Positions 9,264 through 18,804 of a stretch of DNA of 64,000 nucleotides are shown piece by piece (positions within the stretch are counted from its first letter, which is position 1; every line of letters begins with the position of its first letter). The notes under the pieces were generated by a model. The model saw only the letters and a program-made list of their open reading frames with translations. It was not told the DNA's origin and searched no databases. Where the stretch lies: NCBI GenBank assembly GCA_043760355.1, contig JAYUPC010000139.1, positions 26-64,025 on the forward strand. Direction: 5' to 3'. A program made the translations under genes and the position numbers. The stretch comes from Sphingomonadales bacterium. GTDB taxonomy: Bacteria; Pseudomonadota; Alphaproteobacteria; Sphingomonadales; Sphingomonadaceae.

Positions 9264-9297
9264 GAGCAAGATGACATCGGCTACACGCCAATAAGCA

Positions 9298-10032
9298 TCA
9301 CCGCCCGACGCGCTGTAGCCCTGTGCCGTGCATTTTCAGCCAGCGATCAGCAGCCTTGCGGTCACCTTCAAAAATCTCTTCAAACCACGCATAGAAATCG
9401 CGGCTATGATCCATGTGCCGGATATGCGCGACTTCATGGGCGATGACCGAACGGCGCACGCTAACCGGGGCCATGATGAGCCGCCAGCTTAGCGAGATTG
9501 TACCGCGACTGGAGCAACTGCCCCATCTGCTGCGCGGATCACCAAGCGAAAGGCGGGGGGGAACTTCGCCAGCGCGCTCACAATAATGGGCAATATCGGT
9601 GGTAAACACATCGCGGGCATGGGCCTTTAACCAGCGCAGGATGCGCGCTTCGATCATCGCTTCGGGTCCACCAAGGTGCAACTCACCTTCCTTGCGAACC
9701 ACGCGGCGTGGCCAATCGGCCTGCCAGGATATCAGATGCGCCTCACCCTCAATAGCAATCTCGGCACCGGGCAACACAGGCGAAGCGCTTGGCGCACTTT
9801 GTAGCCGTGCGGCTATCCACTCACGTTTGGCCCTGACAAACTCCATTGCCGCTGCGGTCGGCGCATAGGTTGGCATGGTGATCCGTATCTCGCGCTTTAC
9901 AGCATCGGCGCGCATGGAAATACGGCGTGCTTGGCTCGTACGACGGATGCGCACGGGAATGCCTTCACCTTCAATGTCCACTAAAGGATCAGAGAGGTTG
10001 TTCGACAATATGGTTTTCAAGAGGTCCAGCAT
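9298..10032 (-). CDS. SprT/YgjP-like (DUF45, M48-like) zinc metallopeptidase
   Basis: SRWGSCS, LSWRLI, VIAHEVAH (HExxH), MDHSRDF; start MLDLL at 10032. Confidence 0.85.
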   Translation of the reverse strand: MLDLLKTILSNNLSDPLVDIEGEGIPVRIRRTSQARRISMRADAVKREIRITMPTYAPTAAAMEFVRAKREWIAARLQSAPSASPVLPGAEIAIEGEAHLISWQADWPRRVVRKEGELHLGGPEAMIEARILRWLKAHARDVFTTDIAHYCERAGEVPPRLSLGDPRSRWGSCSSRGTISLSWRLIMAPVSVRRSVIAHEVAHIRHMDHSRDFYAWFEEIFEGDRKAADRWLKMHGTGLQRVGR

Positions 10033-10426
10033 GGATTTCCGATAAGGCGCGGCCTTTGACCGAATTGCCCGTTTCATGAATGGTTTCCCTACTGCCGCTG
10101 ACCAGATAATGCCAGTCGGGCAAAGGGTCGCCTGCATCGCGCAGCACATAGGCGCACGTTGAAGGTAACCAGAAATAGTCACTAATCTTGCCCTGTGTTA
10201 AACGCAGGCAATCGGGGACAAAAGCACGGCGGTGCTTGTAATCGCTGCACAGCGCAGTTTGGACGTCGAGCAATTTACACGCGACATTTGTGGGGTAAAT
10301 CCGGCCGGTATCTTCATCCTCAACCTTATGCAGGCAGCATTTGCCGCAGCCATCACACAGCGCCTCCCACTGCGCACGGTCGAGCTTATCGAGCGGCTCT
10401 TCCCAGAATTTTTGGGCAGTCGTCAC
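9989..10426 (-). CDS. YcgN family cysteine cluster protein
   Basis: WEALCDGCGKCCLHK, CSDY, VPDC, WLPSTCAY; GTG start at 10426. Confidence 0.9.
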   Translation of the reverse strand: MTTAQKFWEEPLDKLDRAQWEALCDGCGKCCLHKVEDEDTGRIYPTNVACKLLDVQTALCSDYKHRRAFVPDCLRLTQGKISDYFWLPSTCAYVLRDAGDPLPDWHYLVSGSRETIHETGNSVKGRALSEIHAGPLENHIVEQPL

Positions 10427-10427
10427 C

Positions 10428-11060
10428 CTATCTGACCCATTTCGCAAGTTCGGCAGCGACCAGTTCGGGCTTACCGTCATTTTCCGGCGTCTGCGGAGTA
10501 TCGGCAGGAAGGATCGCCAGCGGCTTGCCATCTGGGGCCATTAAATAGGGCGTCTGGCTATGGCTCATCACATAAGAATTGGCCTGTGATCCGACTATCT
10601 TAGCATAATAAACCGCAAATTTCTTGGCAACTTCGGCGGTCTGCGCCTCGGTTCCGTGCAGGCCAATAAGGCGGTGATGGAACGCGGTTACAAACTGTTT
10701 GAGCACGACAGGGGTGTCGCGTTGCGGATCGACAGTAATAAATATCGGTTGAATTTTTTTGGCGAGACCGGGATGTGCTTTTTCGAACGCCTTCAACCCC
10801 GCCATCAAATTCTGCATATCCGGGGTGCAGATATCGGGGCAGTTGGTATAACCGAAATAGACGATCCGGTATTTGCCGTTAAATTCATCATAGCTGCGAA
10901 GCTTGCCATCTTGGTCGGTTAGCGTAAACGCGCCGCCAATCGTTGCTCCTGCCAAAGGTGCGCTGGAGAGCGGGGGTTGCGCTGGCTTAGGGTTGCATGC
11001 CTGCAACAGTAACAAGGCAAACAGAGTGATCGATATTTTGTTCATAGCTATTTTGTTCAT
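10428..11060 (-). CDS. SCO1/SenC copper chaperone lipoprotein
   Basis: LLQAC lipobox, YFGYTNCPDICT (CxxxC), ITVDPQRD, conserved His in MSHS; start uncertain. Confidence 0.9.
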   Translation of the reverse strand: MNKIAMNKISITLFALLLLQACNPKPAQPPLSSAPLAGATIGGAFTLTDQDGKLRSYDEFNGKYRIVYFGYTNCPDICTPDMQNLMAGLKAFEKAHPGLAKKIQPIFITVDPQRDTPVVLKQFVTAFHHRLIGLHGTEAQTAEVAKKFAVYYAKIVGSQANSYVMSHSQTPYLMAPDGKPLAILPADTPQTPENDGKPELVAAELAKWVR

Positions 11061-11144
11061 GGCGGGGCCAGACATGGTCTGTTAAACACACAAGATCAAG
11101 TCATGTGACCATAGAGTCGCAATAGAAATTCAGGGTATGATCAA

Positions 11145-11795
11145 ATGGCAGGTTTATTGAAACACGCGTGTCTGGCAACGGCAATGCTCGGCATCATCAT
11201 GCCGGTAGCAACAGGTGTCATCGCACCGCAAGCACAGGCGCAATTTTCCGATAGCTATAATTTCCTGAAGGCTGTGCGCGAACGCAAAGGTTCTGACGTA
11301 GAAGAGGCTTTGAGTGAACCGGGCACCGTCATTATTAACACCCGCGATGCTACCACTGGCCAAAGCGCGCTGCACATTGTTATCGACCGACGGGACAGCG
11401 AATGGCTTGGTTATTTGTTGGCAAAGGGCGCAAACCCGAACCAGGCTGATAAAAAGGGTGTGACGCCATTGATTTTGGCAACGCAACTGGGCTTTGTTGA
11501 CGGGGTTGACTGGCTGGTCGGCAACAAGGGTAGTGTTAAGGCCGCAATTGACGCCACCAACCGCAGCGGCGAAACCGCTTTGATCCTTGCCGTGCAACTC
11601 CGTAATCAGGAGATGGTACGTAAATTGCTGAAAGCTGGCGCCAATCCGGACAAGGAAGATACTGTAGCTGGATATTCAGCGCGCGATTACGCCACAAAAG
11701 ACGGACGCGGGAATGCGATCCTGACGATTATTGAAAACAGCAAGCCAGCGGATGGTAAGCCGAAAAAGGACCTCGATTTTTCAGGCGTGAAGTGA
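11145..11795 (+). CDS. Secreted ankyrin-repeat protein
   Basis: Signal peptide ending AQA; GQSALH, GVTPLILA, GETALILA ankyrin repeats. Confidence 0.88.
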   Translation: MAGLLKHACLATAMLGIIMPVATGVIAPQAQAQFSDSYNFLKAVRERKGSDVEEALSEPGTVIINTRDATTGQSALHIVIDRRDSEWLGYLLAKGANPNQADKKGVTPLILATQLGFVDGVDWLVGNKGSVKAAIDATNRSGETALILAVQLRNQEMVRKLLKAGANPDKEDTVAGYSARDYATKDGRGNAILTIIENSKPADGKPKKDLDFSGVK

Positions 11796-11811
11796 GGTAT
11801 TATCTTACTTC

Positions 11812-12300
11812 TTAACCCGGCAAAAACTTCATCGCCACGCCGTTCATGCAGTATCGTTTGCCCGTAGGCTTAGGGCCGTCATTAAACACATGCCCCAGAT
11901 GCCCTCCGCAACGTGCACAGTGAACCTCGGTACGGGCCAGGCCGATCTTGTAATCGGTTGTTGTTCCTACACCCCCGGCAAGCGGTTGATAAAAACTGGG
12001 CCAGCCAGTTCCGCTTTCGAATTTTGTGGCGGAGGAAAAAAGCCGCTTGTCGCACCCCGCGCATATAAAGATACCACTCCGGTGTTCATCGTTTAGCTTG
12101 CTCGTATACGGGCGCTCGGTATCTTCTTGCCGCAATACTCTATAGGCAGCCGGAGTAAGCGATTTGCGCCACTGTGCATCGGCTTTGGTGATTTCAAAAC
12201 GGCCCTTTGCTTGCGCGCCTTTTCCGCAGCCAAAGGTCAACGCAACCGCACTAAGCCCAGTTACCCTTAAAAATTCCCGTTTCGAAAATATCATGTTCAT
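11812..12300 (-). CDS. msrB: Peptide-methionine (R)-S-oxide reductase, with export signal
   Basis: TERPY, CAGC, SGTGWPSF, CARC, GHLGHVF, RYCMNG; N-terminal SKREFL Tat-like signal. Confidence 0.93.
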   Translation of the reverse strand: MNMIFSKREFLRVTGLSAVALTFGCGKGAQAKGRFEITKADAQWRKSLTPAAYRVLRQEDTERPYTSKLNDEHRSGIFICAGCDKRLFSSATKFESGTGWPSFYQPLAGGVGTTTDYKIGLARTEVHCARCGGHLGHVFNDGPKPTGKRYCMNGVAMKFLPG

Positions 12301-12348
12301 CACCTTTGCGTCTGACAGCCTATATACGGTGCAGAAGATCAAAAGGTT

Positions 12349-13590
12349 TCAGTATTTCGAAAGTTCGACCATCAGCTTTTTATAGCCATGAACAAAACAG
12401 GCGGGCACGCGTTCTGGTTCCTCAAGCACATTTACCCGCAACCGCCGCTTTGCCATTTCCTCCAGCAGAACTACTAATTGCATTTCGGCAACACGCGCAC
12501 CGACGCAGCGGTGGATGCCGTAACCGAATGATAGATGCCGCCGGGCATTTTCGCGGTCCACGCGCAGTGTATCGGGATCGTCGAATATTCCCTCTTCACG
12601 GTTGGCAGAAATATACCAGAGGACGACCTTGTCCCCCTTTTTCATCTGGTGACCGTCAATCTCGGTATCTTCCATCACCGTGCGCCGCATATGCGCAAGC
12701 GGGGTTTGCCAACGGATGATTTCCTGCACAGCATTGGGGATGAGGTCGGGATTGGCCTCCAACTTGGCGCGTTCTTCTGGAAACTGAGCCAAGCCATAAG
12801 CATAAGCCGACATGGAATTGCGCGTCGTGTCATTACCGCCGACGATCAGTAGGATCAGGTTACCCATAAACTCTTCATGGCTCATTTCCTTCATCGCATC
12901 GGATTGCAGCATGATCGAAATCAGGTCTTTGCCCGGATTAGCCGCCTTTTCCTGCCACAATTTGCCAAAGGCACCTGCCATTTCGAACAAGGCTCCATTG
13001 CGCAGCTCCAACCCGCCAGGACGACGAATAAGCTCAACATCGCCGCCAAGGTCGGACCAATACGTAAGCTTATGCCGTTCTTCCCACGGGAAATCGAACA
13101 GTCGCGCTAACATGCCGGTTGTCAGCTCGATCGAGAGTCTCTCCACCCAGTCAAATGCTTCGCCAATAGGGAGCGAATCAATAACTTCGGCTGTGCGTTC
13201 GCGGATTTCATCCTTCATCGCGGCAACCTCGGTCGGGCCAAACGCGGGCGCAACAGTGCGGCGTTGCCCGGTATGGTTGGGCGGATCCATCGCGATGAAC
13301 ATCGGCATCCGGATTTCGCCTTCGAGCATTTTGTCGCTGTCAAAAGCAATTGAAATGCCGCCATATTCCCATGATGAGGAAAAAATCTTGGGCAAAGCTT
13401 CAATCTGGACAATCGGCTTATAGGTTGAGATCGACCAATACGCACCAAACCGCGAATCGGCTACATAATGGATTGGTGCTTCGGCGCGCAACTTGCGAAA
13501 CGGCTCTTGCCAACGGTCCTCAACATACAGTTCGGCGCGCGATACATCATAGGGATCAACAATAAGGTCGTCTTGGTACTGGGTTGCCAT
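12349..13590 (-). CDS. Cytochrome P450, CYP153-like (copy 1)
   Basis: FIAMDPP, LIVGGNDTTRNSM, EIIRWQTPLAHMRRT, FGYGIHRCVG heme motif. Confidence 0.92.
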   Translation of the reverse strand: MATQYQDDLIVDPYDVSRAELYVEDRWQEPFRKLRAEAPIHYVADSRFGAYWSISTYKPIVQIEALPKIFSSSWEYGGISIAFDSDKMLEGEIRMPMFIAMDPPNHTGQRRTVAPAFGPTEVAAMKDEIRERTAEVIDSLPIGEAFDWVERLSIELTTGMLARLFDFPWEERHKLTYWSDLGGDVELIRRPGGLELRNGALFEMAGAFGKLWQEKAANPGKDLISIMLQSDAMKEMSHEEFMGNLILLIVGGNDTTRNSMSAYAYGLAQFPEERAKLEANPDLIPNAVQEIIRWQTPLAHMRRTVMEDTEIDGHQMKKGDKVVLWYISANREEGIFDDPDTLRVDRENARRHLSFGYGIHRCVGARVAEMQLVVLLEEMAKRRLRVNVLEEPERVPACFVHGYKKLMVELSKY

Positions 13591-13653
13591 GGCTCTCTCC
13601 TAAATTCGCTAAATGATAACAGGACGCAGCTGTTGCGCCAATAGATCCGGACT

Positions 13654-14928
13654 TCAATATGTACTCAGCTCGACCATCATCTTGCGGTATCCATGAACGA
13701 AGCAGCCAGAGACTCGCACAGGCTCTTCCACAACATTTACACGCAGACGCCTGACTGCCATTTCTTCCATCAAGATACGAATTTGCAACTCTGCTAAGCG
13801 CGCACCGACACAACGGTGAATGCCATAGCCGAACGACAAATGCCGGCGGGCATTTTCGCGGTCCACCATGATGGCGTCAGGATTTTCAAATACGCTTTCG
13901 TCGCGATTGGCCGAAATATACCACATCGCCAACTTATCGCCTTTCTTGACCGGCGCGCCGAACAGGTCATGATCGGCAAGTGCAGTCCGCCGCATGTGCG
14001 CAAGCGGTGTTTGCCATCGGATGATTTCGCTGACCGCGTTGGGGATCAAATCAGGGTTTTGCTCAAGCTTTGCACGTTCCCCTGGAAACTGGCTCAACCC
14101 ATAAGCATAGCCCGACATGGAATTGCGGGTGGTATCATTACCGCCAACGATCAGGAGGATCAGATTGCCCATATATTCCAGCTGCGTCATGTCCTTCATC
14201 GGTGAATGGATCATCCGGCTGATCAGGTCAGGTGCCTCCCCCTTGTCGGTGCGCTCATCCCATAGGCGCTGAAAATAGGCCCCCATTTCGAACATTTTTT
14301 CCAGACGCTTTTTGCGCATAATTTCATCGCGAAACAATTCGACGTCACCCGCCCAGTCAGACCATTCGGTCAACTTGCGGCGGTCTGCCCACGGAAAATC
14401 AAACAGCAAAGCAAGCATGCCTGTCGTCAGTTCGATCGACACCAGATCAACCCAGTCAAACGCTTTACCAATCGGCAGGCTGTCAAGCGTTTCGCCGGTA
14501 CGCTTGCGGATTTCATTACTCATCCGCACCATTTCCGCTGGCGTAAAAGCAGGCGCGACAACGCGGCGTTCTCCGGTATGTTTCGGGCGATCCATCGCGA
14601 TGAACATCGGCATGATAACCCGTTCAGACTCGGGTATTTGCAGGTCTTCATCACCCAGAATTGTGATGCCGCCATGTTCAAAGGATGAGGAATATATATC
14701 GGGCAACGCCTCGACATGCTGGATAGCTTTTAGCGTGCTGACATTCCAGTAATTGCCAAAAGCCGATCCGGTAATCTTGTTAATCGGCGCTTTTTCGCGC
14801 ATGTCTTTGAACGGAGCCTGCCAACGATCCTCGGTGTAAATCTCGGAAACAACTACATCCCAGTCATGTGGCGCGGCGTTTACCGCATAAGGCAGGTCTG
14901 TATCCGCTGATAAAGGTGCTGTCGCCAT
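13654..14928 (-). CDS. Cytochrome P450, CYP153-like (copy 2)
   Basis: FIAMDRP, GGNDTTRNSM, EIIRWQTPLAHMRRT, FGYGIHRCVG. Confidence 0.92.
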   Translation of the reverse strand: MATAPLSADTDLPYAVNAAPHDWDVVVSEIYTEDRWQAPFKDMREKAPINKITGSAFGNYWNVSTLKAIQHVEALPDIYSSSFEHGGITILGDEDLQIPESERVIMPMFIAMDRPKHTGERRVVAPAFTPAEMVRMSNEIRKRTGETLDSLPIGKAFDWVDLVSIELTTGMLALLFDFPWADRRKLTEWSDWAGDVELFRDEIMRKKRLEKMFEMGAYFQRLWDERTDKGEAPDLISRMIHSPMKDMTQLEYMGNLILLIVGGNDTTRNSMSGYAYGLSQFPGERAKLEQNPDLIPNAVSEIIRWQTPLAHMRRTALADHDLFGAPVKKGDKLAMWYISANRDESVFENPDAIMVDRENARRHLSFGYGIHRCVGARLAELQIRILMEEMAVRRLRVNVVEEPVRVSGCFVHGYRKMMVELSTY

Positions 14929-14963
14929 CTTGCTCTCCTAGACAGAAGAGAGAGTGCCACTAC

Positions 14964-14977
14964 TGACAATAATGTCA
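14964..14977. promoter_or_regulatory. Candidate repressor operator upstream of the P450 pair
   Basis: TGACA-ataa-TGTCA spaced palindrome 36 bp upstream of the start at 14928. Confidence 0.4.
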
Positions 14978-15081
14978 ATCCCGTTTCGATCAGCAACTTA
15001 ATTTCACGAAGTGGGGAGTTCCATAGAAGTTTCGAAACGACGAAGTGATTTGAGGCATAGCAGCCAGTGACGTAATGACTT

Positions 15082-15711
15082 TTACGTAATTTCAAGCAGC
15101 TCTGTCGCCTCAGCCTCGCTTATCACCTCTGCGTACTTTGCCTGTAAATCGAACAAGTTCGCTTCATGCGGGGCCGGATGCCGGTCACCACACGCTTCCC
15201 TTACAATAAATGGAGCAAAGCCGTATTGCAGCGCGTCAAGTGCAGTCGCACGGACGCAGCCGGACGTGGACAGTCCGGCAATCAAAAGCGTATCGATTTT
15301 CAGCTTGGTCAATATCACCGCAAGCGATGTGCCGAAAAACGCCGACGCATATTGCTTTGTAAGAACGATTTCGCCGGCTTCAGGTCGAAGGCTTGGGGGA
15401 AACTCACCCAGCGACGACCCTTGATCTAACACTTTTAGTGCAGGGATTTTCTTGTAGAACAGACCGCCATTTGCCCCTCCCGGCTGATACACCACGTTGG
15501 TGAATATCACAGGAATACCAGCCGTCCGCGCCGTCGCCAGCAGGCGCTCGTTACTGGCAAGGACATCCTCGACAGCGGCATAAAGCGGCGATTTTTTGTC
15601 AAAATAAGCCATGACAACATCGACGATTATCAGCGCAGGATTTGCTCCAAAAGCAAGATGACCGTCGAATGCTGCGGCATAGTTATCGGTCAGATCGCCC
15701 GCGTCGCTCAC
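15082..15711 (-). CDS. Isochorismatase-family cysteine amidohydrolase (maleamate amidase / N-carbamoylsarcosine amidase-like)
   Basis: LIIVDV (Asp), TKQYASAFFGT (Lys), GLSTSGCVRAT (Cys) catalytic triad. Confidence 0.88.
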   Translation of the reverse strand: MSDAGDLTDNYAAAFDGHLAFGANPALIIVDVVMAYFDKKSPLYAAVEDVLASNERLLATARTAGIPVIFTNVVYQPGGANGGLFYKKIPALKVLDQGSSLGEFPPSLRPEAGEIVLTKQYASAFFGTSLAVILTKLKIDTLLIAGLSTSGCVRATALDALQYGFAPFIVREACGDRHPAPHEANLFDLQAKYAEVISEAEATELLEIT

Positions 15712-16910
15712 TAAATCGCACCCGCTGCCGCCATTTTGGCGAGTTCGGTTTCATCCAACCCCAGCAGGCCGCCGTAAATTTCGGCGTTATGCTGACCTAT
15801 TTTGGAGGGCGCAGCCGAACGGACGCTGCTTGGCGTGCCGGATAATTTGGGAAATACATTCTGCATTTTCAGCGAGCCCCAGCGTTCGGTTTCGACGTCG
15901 ATTATCGCTTCGCGTGCCTGAAAATGCGGGTCGTCGAGCATCTCTGGTGCGCGGAAAATTTTGCCCGCGGGAATTGAGTTCTTTATCATCAAAGCCTCAA
16001 CCTCGGCGACGGTCAGGGTGCTGGTCCATCGTTCGATCCGCTCGTCGAGTTCCACTTGATTTTTACCACGGGAGACATGGTCGATATAGCGCGGGTCTAG
16101 CGCAAGTTCGGGCTGGCTCATAGCCTCGGCAAGCCGCGTCCATACGGCGTCTTGATTGGCACCGATCAAATAGTCGCCGTCCTTACATTTATAGACATTG
16201 GAAGGCGCGATGCCGGGCAGCACGGAGCCTGATCGTTCGCGGATATAGCCCGACCAATGATATTCCGGCACGACGCTCTCCATCACCTGAAGAACAGCCT
16301 CGTAAAGTGCGGAATCAACAACCTGACCTTTGCCGGTCTTTTCGCGCGCATGCAGCGCGGCAAGTGCGCCCATGCAACCATAAGTTGCCGCCAACGTATC
16401 GCCTATAGATACGCCCATTCGGCTTGGCGCGCGGTCTGGGTCGCCCACAAAATATCGCCACCCGCCCATCGCTTCGCCAATACCGCCAAAGCCCGCGCGC
16501 TCACTGTAGGGGCCGGTCTGACCATAGCCGGATACGCGGACAATGATCAGGCGCGGGTTAATTTCGTGCAGAACTTCGGGGCCGATGCCCCATTTTTCGA
16601 TGGTGCCGGGCTTGAAATTTTCGATCAGTATATCGGCCTTGGCAACCAGTTTGCGGACAAGCTCCTGCCCCTCTGGCAAGCGCAAATTTGCCGACACCGC
16701 TTTCTTGTTGCGCGAAACGACCTCCCACCACAATTTATGGTCGCCGCGCCCCCAGTTGCGCATCGGGTCGCCCCCTCCTTTGCCATCAACCCCCGGAGGC
16801 TCGACCTTAATTACTTCTGCCCCCATATCGCCCATTAACTGACCGCAGAACGGCCCTGCGATCAACTGACCGAGTTCGATAACGCGGATGCCGTCCAATG
16901 CGCCTGCCAT
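15711..16910 (-). CDS. Class III (CaiB/BaiF) CoA transferase
   Basis: LDGIRVIELGQLIAGPFCG, GAEVIKVEPP, ENFKPG, IGDTLAA. Confidence 0.92.
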   Translation of the reverse strand: MAGALDGIRVIELGQLIAGPFCGQLMGDMGAEVIKVEPPGVDGKGGGDPMRNWGRGDHKLWWEVVSRNKKAVSANLRLPEGQELVRKLVAKADILIENFKPGTIEKWGIGPEVLHEINPRLIIVRVSGYGQTGPYSERAGFGGIGEAMGGWRYFVGDPDRAPSRMGVSIGDTLAATYGCMGALAALHAREKTGKGQVVDSALYEAVLQVMESVVPEYHWSGYIRERSGSVLPGIAPSNVYKCKDGDYLIGANQDAVWTRLAEAMSQPELALDPRYIDHVSRGKNQVELDERIERWTSTLTVAEVEALMIKNSIPAGKIFRAPEMLDDPHFQAREAIIDVETERWGSLKMQNVFPKLSGTPSSVRSAAPSKIGQHNAEIYGGLLGLDETELAKMAAAGAI

Positions 16911-16916
16911 ATGCGG

Positions 16917-18794
16917 TTACTCCGCCGCCTCTTGAAAGGTCCAAACCGGCTGGATAGGCGCTGGCAACCCGGTTTCAGCGAAGCAATTTTTGCGCAGCGT
17001 TTCGATATCGGGGCCATAGTTGAAAACGCTGTCACTCACCGGACGTTCAGCCCGCATTTTGGCGCGTAACATTTCAGTAGCTGCTTCATCAACGCTGCCA
17101 TCCACGCCAGCGACAACACCATAGGATTTCGCGCCCTCGATACTCACAAGCCCTTGGGTAATCTCTTTGCCGACCAATTCGGCAGGCCGGTCAAGCGGAT
17201 CGCCCCAACCACCACCGCCCCATGTGATGTAATGCAGCTTGTCGCCCTGCATAACCGGAATATTGTCGATCTTGTTGGCTACAATCTGTTGCGAGCCGTC
17301 GGCCTTTTCCAATATCTTGCGCGCGCGTTTGCCGGGCTCGCCGCCATTGACGCCCCAGGGCGGCACGAACCAGCGATCATCATGGATTGAAATCGTACCG
17401 GGTTCCAGGAAGCGGTAGGTCATGTGGATGCCATTGCCACCCCGGTGCAAGCCCGCCCCGCCGCTGTCGGCTACGGCTTCATAACGTTCGATCTCGAGCG
17501 GGAAATAGCGCTCCAGAAACTCGTTGGGTACATTGGTAAATCCCGGCCACAGCGAATGGCCGTCAGGACCGTCGCCCATCGGTCGCCCAGGAATGCCACC
17601 AAAGCCGATCTGGAACAGTTGGAACCACTCGCCATTTTTGTCATTGCCCGAATAGAACAGATGCGGGCTTGAAGAAAAGCCGGCCGCGTTCAGGAATTCA
17701 GGCGTTTTCTGACCCAATAGTCCGCCCAATATATCAAAGATGCGGCCCAGCGCATGGGTGCGACCCGAGAGCGCTGCGGGGAATTTTGGCTTAAGCAAAG
17801 ATCCTTCGGGGATGCGCACATCGATCAGATCGTAAAAGCCGTCGTTGAACAAAATCTGCGGATCAAAGACCATGATCATGTAGATGCCAAAGAACATCTT
17901 GAACATATTCTGGTTGAGGAAGAAGTTGATCGATGCCGAGCTTTGCGGATCGGTCCCGGCAAAATCGAGCACGACCTTGTCGCCATCGCGCCACATCGTG
18001 CATTTTATCTTATAGGGACCAAAGCCCAAACCGTCGTCGCAGATATAGTCTTCGAAACTCACACGATCTTCACCAATCGCCATCGCGATCAGAGCCTTCA
18101 TCGCCCGGTGGTTGCGCGCGAGTAGCTCCTGTGTCGCGGAAACATAAACATCGTCGCCAAAACGGTCGGCCATTTCGACTACGCGCCGCGCCGCAACCCG
18201 GCAGGACGCGATCAGCGCATTCAAATCTGCCTGACACCAATCGGGCTTGCGCGTCTGGTGCATGACCAGCTTGACCAAGTCTTCGTTATAGACGCCCTTT
18301 TTCCAGATCTTGACTGGCGGAATACGGACGCCCTCTTCAAAGATCGAGCGACTATCGATGGGCATCGAGCCCACTACCTTGCCGCCGATATCGGACTGGT
18401 GCCCAAACATCGCGGTATAGGCGAGGATGCGTCCGTCTTTGAATACCGGCAGCAATACGAGCCAGTCGTTCGAATGGCTGACTGCGCCATCGCAGCTATA
18501 GGGGTCGGACAGGAAGATCATGTCACCATCCTCCAGCGTGCCGTCGAATTGGTCGAGGAAGCCACCGATGAAGCTACCGAACTGGCCAACAATCATTTTG
18601 CCGGTGTGGTCAGCGATCAGCGGAAAGGCATCGCCTTGCTCGCGGATGCCCGGTGACATCGCGGTGCGCACAAGGGTTGCGTCCATCTCGACGCGGGCAT
18701 TGCGCAGCGCGTTTTCGATAATGTCGAGGGTGACCGGATCAATATTGATCTTGGCAAAAGATGTAGTGTTGGTCTGGATGATTTGTGCAGTCAT
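16917..18794 (-). CDS. Hydantoinase B / oxoprolinase family subunit
   Basis: DPVTLDII, SPGIREQGD, DPY...HSND, HQSDIGG, EEGVRIPP, GGGGWGDP. Confidence 0.92.
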   Translation of the reverse strand: MTAQIIQTNTTSFAKINIDPVTLDIIENALRNARVEMDATLVRTAMSPGIREQGDAFPLIADHTGKMIVGQFGSFIGGFLDQFDGTLEDGDMIFLSDPYSCDGAVSHSNDWLVLLPVFKDGRILAYTAMFGHQSDIGGKVVGSMPIDSRSIFEEGVRIPPVKIWKKGVYNEDLVKLVMHQTRKPDWCQADLNALIASCRVAARRVVEMADRFGDDVYVSATQELLARNHRAMKALIAMAIGEDRVSFEDYICDDGLGFGPYKIKCTMWRDGDKVVLDFAGTDPQSSASINFFLNQNMFKMFFGIYMIMVFDPQILFNDGFYDLIDVRIPEGSLLKPKFPAALSGRTHALGRIFDILGGLLGQKTPEFLNAAGFSSSPHLFYSGNDKNGEWFQLFQIGFGGIPGRPMGDGPDGHSLWPGFTNVPNEFLERYFPLEIERYEAVADSGGAGLHRGGNGIHMTYRFLEPGTISIHDDRWFVPPWGVNGGEPGKRARKILEKADGSQQIVANKIDNIPVMQGDKLHYITWGGGGWGDPLDRPAELVGKEITQGLVSIEGAKSYGVVAGVDGSVDEAATEMLRAKMRAERPVSDSVFNYGPDIETLRKNCFAETGLPAPIQPVWTFQEAAE

Positions 18795-18804
18795 TATCTT
18801 GTCC

